A stretch of DNA of 64,000 bases from the human T2T-CHM13v2.0 reference genome, Homo sapiens: assembly GCF_009914755.1 (NCBI RefSeq), contig NC_060927.1; one strand, 5' to 3'. Below the pieces are notes generated by a model, which was not told where the DNA came from, did no database searches, and saw only the letters and a program-made list of their open reading frames with translations. Of the stretch, positions 56,830-64,000 are shown piece after piece (within the stretch, counting starts at the first letter, position 1; each line of letters opens with the position of its first letter). The translations under genes and the position numbers were made by a program.

Positions 56830-57720
56830 CCCGAGGAGGGAGCACGCCTCGCACACACCCAATGAAAGACAGACAGCAGGACGTCCTTACCGGGTGGCCC
56901 AGCCCTCGACTCTGGACAGAACCAGGCTGACCTCGCCCCCCCGCCTCGGCCTCCCCTGCCCCTTGGTTCTCGGCAATGAGCTGTGACCTGAGACCCTCCA
57001 GCTCCGCGCTCTTCACTCTGGCCCCGCAACCTCACATCTCTTCTCCTTGGCACCGAGAAGAGGCTGGGGTGTGTGGACCGATAGTGCGGGATACCGAAAA
57101 GGTGGTCCAAGGTCTGGGCGGTGCGAACGCCCATTCCGCGCCCCCCATGCGAGCCCCAGCCCCTCGCGCCTGGTATCCCGCAGGGGCGCAACCCTAGCTC
57201 CTTGCCCGGCGCCCCAAAGAACTCCGCCACCTGAACCGAGACACCTCTTTTTGCACTCAACTTACCGCGGCTGGGCTGAGCTTTCGGCGCCCCCAGGAGC
57301 TTTTCTCTCCTTCCTCCCACCGAGCTCTTCATTCTCCTGCTGGCGGCCGCCCGGCGCCCTGGCCCTGGCATCCGGGAGGAGCAGCCGCCGGGGCTGGCTG
57401 TCCCGGGAGACGCACGGCTGCCCGCCTGCAGCTTCAACGGCGGTGGTCGCCGCGAGCCGTGAGCGGCGGCCAAGGAGAACGGTCTCCGTTGCGCAGCGCG
57501 TGCTGTCCCTCCGGCACGGGCTGGAGGTGGCAGTCAGCGCGCCTCTGCCTCCGCCGCGCTCGCGGCGCTCCGCACGAGTCCCGAGCCGGCGTCAGCCCAG
57601 GTGCACCAGGCTGGGGAGAGGTGCGAGCCCGCGCGAAGGGAGGGGCCCGCGGCCTGAGGGTGCCGGGAGAGAGCGAGACTGATGACCACGAAAAAAGAAA
57701 CCTGGAGACTAGAGGCGAGG
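56830..57720 (-). promoter_or_regulatory. CpG-island promoter and GC-rich first exon(s) of an unidentified minus-strand gene
   Basis: Abrupt high GC and dense CpG in an otherwise CpG-depleted window; minus-strand donors GCG|gtaagt (exon end 57266) and CCG|gtaagg (exon end 56891); CGTCA half-CRE and NRF1-like GCGCAGCGC present. Confidence 0.85.
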
Positions 57721-58124
57721 AACTAGCTTTAATGGAGTGAGTGGGTCGTGGGTGTTAAGTGGAAACACGAGGAGGCGAAATGCATCTAGAAACTACAGAT
57801 ATCGGAAATGAGCTTGAGTGAGCTGCTTTTTGAGTGAGGCTCGAAAAGGGGGCTGTCATTTTGTGCTTACCTCCTTTATCCTCCTGGTTTGGGTGCAGTA
57901 CCAGACAACAACTTCCCCCACACTCTCAACTCTCATATTTAACTATAAATAACGCTAACCTCAACAATCTTGGACAGCAGACGCAACGAAATCTGGTGAA
58001 GCTACTGCAAGAATACAGGGGAGTCCCACATCCACAAATCCCACATGCCCATCCCTCTGGAAGGACCCATATCCTACTGAGATTTCTCTCCTCTTACCTG
58101 TCTGTCTCCTCTCTCTCTCACAAG

Positions 58125-58202
58125 CACACGCACTCACACACTACGGTACCCTAGGGATGAAATCACACGCACGCACACACTACAGTACCCTAGGGATGAA
58201 AT
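58125..58202 (+). repeat. 39-bp tandem duplication
   Basis: cacacgcac(t/g)cacacactac(g/a)gtaccctagggatgaaat x2, 2 mismatches. Confidence 0.95.
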
Positions 58203-58232
58203 ACCTTTTGTTGCTCTGTTCTAGGACTTAAA

Positions 58233-58387
58233 GTGGGTGTTTCTCAAACTTTACTTTGCACAGGAATAACCTTGGGATTTTATTACAGTTCTGATTCTGA
58301 TCCAGTAGATCTGGAGTGGGGCCTGATATTCTGTATTTTTAATGGTGTGGCAGAGGCTGCTGATTCAAGAACCATATTTTGAGTTAC
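58233..58387. mobile_element. MER5-type hAT element
   Basis: tttctcaaactt...gattctgatccagtagatctggagtggggcctgatattctgtattttt. Confidence 0.75.
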
Positions 58388-58999
58388 GACACACAAATGA
58401 ACAAACCTGCTTTCTAATATCGGCTGAGCCATTATTTGTAAGATAGTCTGAAATAACAAAACAAGCCCCGTTTTCATGGGGTTTCAGGATGCTGTGGAGG
58501 CCAAATAACTAATGAACACAGTGCCAAAGGATAAAATACCCTACAGGCAAGCTTCTCATTATTGTTATTAATAATTACTCCTGATAAAATCATTACGAAT
58601 ACTAATGCTGATGACAGGGTAGAGAGATTTTGGTAATTTACCATTCTACATTTTCTCAAGAGAAGCTCTGAAAAACAATCCACAGTGACCACCCCACAAA
58701 CACACCCTGATTTAGAAAGAAAATGTAAGTAATATCCTCTAAGGGGCAGTCTGTTCCTCCCAGGAGGCCATCGTTGAATTTTCCAGACACGCAGCGCTAT
58801 TCAAGTGTGTATTAAAAAGTAGCCAAATCACTTATTAACCCACAGATAAGAAGAGCAAATGCCAAGAACAAAAAAATAAAGACAGAAATATAGTCAATGC
58901 ACCAAAAGATCTGTTGTGATTTGAATTAGCATGACTGATAAGTTAGTTTGACCCTTTCTCTTTTTCCATGCTTTCATCTGAATGTAAACACCCATCCTT

Positions 59000-60030
59000 C
59001 TATTTCAATTCAAGAAGTACTTACTAAGCCTAATTTACCATTGTAAAGGCCTTTCTTGGGAGTGAAAAAAAACTCGTCCTGCCCCTGCTTTGAAGGAGAA
59101 ATTGGACAACATACCAATAAGTGCCGTATTAGGCAGACTATGGTGCCAGAAGAGAACACCAAACACATTAGCAAAGTTCAAAAGGCAGTGAAGTCTGGAG
59201 ATACTTCATTGAAGGGAGGTCATTTGACAGAAGTCTTAAGATATGATTTTCTCTGACAGAGATAAAAAGGAAGGGAGTAGTCTATAGTCTACCCTTCTAC
59301 CCAGAGCATACAGTACATGGAGGAAGGTAGAAGAAATGATTTGGAAGATGTCAAGTGGGGCTCTAATTGCTAGCCTGGGCAATTTGTACTTCACTCCAGA
59401 AATGCTGAGCAGGGGACCTCCATGACCAGGAATGTACCAAAAAGATTAATCTGATATAACAGGTTCATAAGATGATCTAGAACCAGAAAATAGTAGAGCT
59501 GTAGAAAGCATTTAGGAGGCCGTGGAAGCACTAGGTAAAAGATCATGAAGGTAAGAACAGTGATAGCAGCTGTGGAGAATGAAATATAAGGATGTTTAAA
59601 AAGAGACATTGCTGAGATGTAACTAACAACGTGCAGCAATTATGTGAAGAGGCATTTATTAAAGATATCTCTAACTTTCTGTCCCTGGAGAACTAGAAAA
59701 ATAGTGACCCTTTTAGGAGTTGAGAACCCAAGAAGGGAATTTACAGTTGTTCAGTTTTATTTTAATGTTTGTTTAGGAAAGGTTGTGAGATAATGAGTTC
59801 TCTTTAGGCAGCTGTAGTCAAAGGTCTGCGGGAGATGTTCAGGTGGAGATCCTTATACATCTAGAAATTCAAGCTTTGCTCTATGGAAATGGTTCTGCAT
59901 TAGAGCCTGTATTAGCTCTTGTGTTTTAGAGCTCTGGACATGTGTATGGAGTTCAACTGTTGGGAGAATGTGAGGTTTATGAGGTAGAATATAGGAAGCA
60001 ACAAAAGTACTCAGGACAAAAGCTTAGAGC
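59000..60030 (-). mobile_element. Degraded LINE-2
   Basis: Antisense L2 3' region starting ttcaattcaagaagtacttactaagcc; approximate. Confidence 0.55.
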
Positions 60031-60593
60031 TATATGACCTCCTTGTTTCTCAATATTCTCATCTGTAAAATGTGAAAAATAGTACCCTCCACATAAAGTC
60101 ATTATAAGGATGAAAAATAATGTACTGATTTTTCATTGCAATTTATATTTTCTACACTAACCTGCTCAGTCTGAGAGGGCAGGGACCATGCGTATCCTCT
60201 TAACTGTTACAGCCCCAGCACCTGACTGAGTGCTTGGCAGATAATAGGCTCTAAAAATGTTCGTGAATATCTTAATAATTAATAAGTTAATTATTAGATT
60301 AAAAGAAGAAGGGACACCAAAGAACTACCAAAAAGACGGGCGAAGATACAGTCATGGGTTCTATTATTTCAATGTCATGGAAACTAAGTTAGGGAAAATT
60401 TTGCTCTAGAGATGGTCAGGTGAGCACAGAGAGATTAAAGAGAAAACATGAATACACATTGAGAAAATGCCTGTTGTTCAAACCTGAGTGACATATTTAT
60501 CTTCAGTTTCTCTAATATGCTAATTTTTTCTTGTCTCAAGCTCTTTGCATATACTTTCTCCCTTGAATGGGCTGAACGTCTTTGGAATCCTTC

Positions 60594-60908
<315 letters not shown>

Positions 60909-60959
60909 CTGGAAAAGTTTTTTAAAAAGTTAATAAACGTAGTTAGCCCATACTCCTTT

Positions 60960-61210
60960 TTTCTTAGATTGGGTTATTCAGGAAACAGACTCTGTAGACA
61001 TGGAAATTAGTGTGCAGGATTATTTGCTGGGGAGAGCCATTGAGGTCAAGGCATGTGAGAATAGAGCATGTGGGAATGGGTGAAGCTACAATACAGTTTC
61101 AACACTGGCCTTCTGTCAATCTCACAGGAGTTCTGGGCTGCATTGGCCCTTTAGAGTTATCCTGAGCTGATGACAGGGAACCAGGTCTTTGTACCATTGC
61201 AACAACCAGT
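60960..61210 (-). mobile_element. LTR16-like ERVL LTR fragment
   Basis: ttagattgggttattcaggaaacagactctg...ggccctttagagttatcctgag. Confidence 0.5.
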
Positions 61211-62069
61211 CTTTTCTAATAATCAGAATTACGTTCACATAGAAGCCTGAAGAACTAACCTGAATGAGAATTTGAATATTTTATTATTACTATTTTATAG
61301 CAAACAGAAGATGACTACATTGAATGCAGCAATTGTTTTAATAAGCATTATTATTTGCAAGGCACTGTAATGGGTACTTTGGGGGAACACAAATGTACTT
61401 AAAATCATATGTTTGATATCATGAAACTTAAGAAGTAAATGATGTATACAGAAGTAAATTATCTGTAAAAGGAGGATAATAATAGTATCTACCTCATAAG
61501 GTGAATATGAAGATTAAAAGGTCTTCACTAAGTTAAATATAAAAGTATTTGCTTTTTTGCCCTAGCTATAATAGGTGGCACTGAAAGATTTTGTGAAAAA
61601 AAAATAAAAGAGGAAAAACAAGTTTGCAAGAAGCTCAGGGTAAGAAGTTTTCACTTTATCAGAGAAAGCCTAATGAAGAGAAGGGATTAGGTTGAGTCTT
61701 AAAGAATGCTTTGGACTTTGAAAGGCAAAAATGATGGTGAAGACAATATGGCATTCCAGGGAAAACAAACAGAATGAACAAAACATGTAGGGATTGAAGG
61801 CTTAAAAATGTTTTGAGAACAAGCAAAGGTACCAGTGTTTCAGGGATATAGGTGGAAGATTTGGAATACTGCTGAAGATTTTCATTTTTGGGTTTGTTTT
61901 TATGGTTTTATTGAGAAGAAAATGAAGAATAACAATTTGAGCTAATTTAAAGTATGAACAAAATAGTGTTTTATGAAAATTAATCTCTGCACAATTGGAA
62001 AAAAATTGGGAGCAAAAAAAAAATATGTTTCTTGTTCCTGCCTGACTCTAACCTTTCTTTCTGGTGATG

Positions 62070-62250
62070 TTCTAAGCCAATGATTACCAATCAACAGCAG
62101 CAGCATCACCTGGGGACTTATTAGAAATACAGATTCTCTGGCTCAATCCCTGATCTACTGAAGCAGACAATCTGGGTGTGGATTTCAGCAGTCATGTTTT
62201 AACAAGACCTTCAGGTATTTATATATATGCTCAAGTTTGAAAATCATTTC
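62070..62250. mobile_element. MER5A
   Basis: cagcagcatcacctggggacttattagaaatacagattctctggctc...gttttaacaag...ctcaagtttgaaaatc. Confidence 0.8.
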
Positions 62251-63258
62251 TGTAGTGTTTCTCTAACATAATTTTTTTTCCTGGAGCAAATATCCTTCTG
62301 GAATATCCTGAGGCAACCCACTTCTCTCTGTAACTCTCTTGAGGATATGATTCCTTTACAATATCTTTCCAGACTGTCTCTGACCAAATGACTCAGCAGT
62401 GAACCATGCTATGCTCTTCTATGGGTCAGGTTGGTTTTGAAGCATTACTCCATATAAATCTTTAATACAACATTCCTTCTGTTTGTTTTGGATGAGAGAT
62501 GCCAGAACACCACTGTGTCTATTCTACTGCAATTAAGATACCAGGAAAAATCCTCACAGAACTTCACAGGGCATCAGAAAGGGCCATTGATTAGTATACT
62601 TTTCCATGACACAAACAAACAAACAAACAAACAAAAAAACACTAAAATGTCCCTTCCCATTATTAGTCAAACTCTGGAGTAACTAATGGAAGTATACATA
62701 AAAATATTTCAAAATAATTAGAGTTTGGATACTGAGGAGGGGACTATGATCAATAGAAAATGGTTTTTAAGTATATGCTAAATAAGAAAGATCAATGTAA
62801 TGGCCAAATGTAGAACTTATTTGTGACTCTGGGGATTCTGGATATTTTTTGATCAACGGATGGGAAGCTGACAGGAGAAGAATAAAATGACAAGGAAGTG
62901 AATTTAGCACTCAGTGTATCCAGCCCAGATGGGGGTAAAGACTTGAAATACACAAAGCAATCCTATGGAGTACTGTGGCTGCAATAAACTCAGCACATTT
63001 TGCAGACACCAAAAGAAAAAAAATCACACACAGATACAATGTGTTACATATATCGGATTGGTCCACAAGTAATTGTGTTTTTTTGAAATTACCTTCAATG
63101 GCGAAAACCACAATTACTTGTGTACCAACCTAATACAATTCATTTATGCTTCAAAATAGTTTCATTTTATTACCCAAACAGGAATCTTTCCCAAAATAAT
63201 GTATCAGTTGCTGTGTAGTTATACAAGTTAGCAGAGAGTGAGGTTTGTAATATGTGTA

Positions 63259-63282
63259 TGTGTGTGTGTGTGTGTGTGTGTG
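63259..63282 (+). repeat. (TG)12 microsatellite
   Basis: Read directly. Confidence 0.9.
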
Positions 63283-64000
63283 TAAATTATATACATTTCA
63301 GTTTGCCCAGGTATCTATCTTTACAGGGATATTTATGAAACTTTGCTCTTTTCCTGGATGTCTAGAAGCATGAATTCAGTAACCCACAAATGTTACGTCA
63401 CCTCAAACTCTGTGTGTCTCCTTCAGCAATATCCCCCATTGACTCCTCTTTTAGCGATTTTCCCATTCTATCAGGTTGAGTATCACTAAGCCATCTTTAC
63501 TCACTTTCTGTCTTAAATTTCAGCCAAGTTGATTTCCTGTGCTCAGCAGGACTTAGACTCATTTCTACTTCATATTTAGAATGCCAGGATTTAGATTCGG
63601 GATCCCATTTGGATTAATTGCCAATATTAATGTATAAGCTTTACTGACTGAAATCTAAGGCTGAAATCTTGATCTTCTTCTAAATGGAGTAGATCAATGC
63701 CAGAGAAATCTGCCCAAATCATGCATTTTGCCAAGTTACTCCCAGTCCTTCACATCCCATGCCTTACCATTGCCTTTACAATATAGTTTAAACTACAACA
63801 CAGCATCTGAAATCCCATTTCCTCATTATAACCTGCCACTCCTATCCTTTCACTGTGACTTCTTTTTAGCCAAATGATCCCCCTGCTGTGACTGGGACAT
63901 CTGTTGCCTAGAAAGTTTAGTCCTCTTTTTCCACCTAGTGAAATTCAGCCCATCTTTAATAACCAGGTTGAAAACATCAGGCAAGTAAGTAGAAAGGAAG

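Noticed and set aside
56727-57682. 248-aa (minus) and 211-aa (plus) ORFs over the CpG island
   Set aside because: Arg/Gly/Pro/Ala-rich, no recognisable domain, non-ATG starts, and the minus ORF reads through splice donors; long ORFs are expected in GC-rich DNA

Overview
Human genomic DNA; the species call rests on an AluYb8 with its diagnostic 7-bp insertion at 60.6-60.9 kb. The window is AT-rich and full of repeats: Alu, old L1M/L1MB, L2, MIR, ERV1/ERVL/MaLR solo LTRs and hAT MER elements. The one clear functional landmark is a CpG-island promoter at ~56.8-57.7 kb with four strong minus-strand splice donors. This suggests that ~1-56.9 kb is the long 5' intronic region of a minus-strand gene, which I cannot name, with a few candidate small non-coding exons (best: 32668-32752). 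I found no recognisable protein-coding exon, RNA gene or CRISPR array; the ORF track is explained by chance, Alu and GC-rich ORFs. The most unusual features are local templated duplications: an inverted ~125-bp copy with snap-back junctions at 43-44 kb, a ~180-bp direct copy at 47-48.7 kb, and 30-, 14- and 39-bp copies elsewhere. Also notable are a chimeric AluY/AluSp-Sq element, a young AluYb8 without a TSD, and Alu changes that could create exons. Repeat subfamilies were called by eye from remembered consensus sequences, and boundaries of old repeats are approximate. I found no new multi-gene system.
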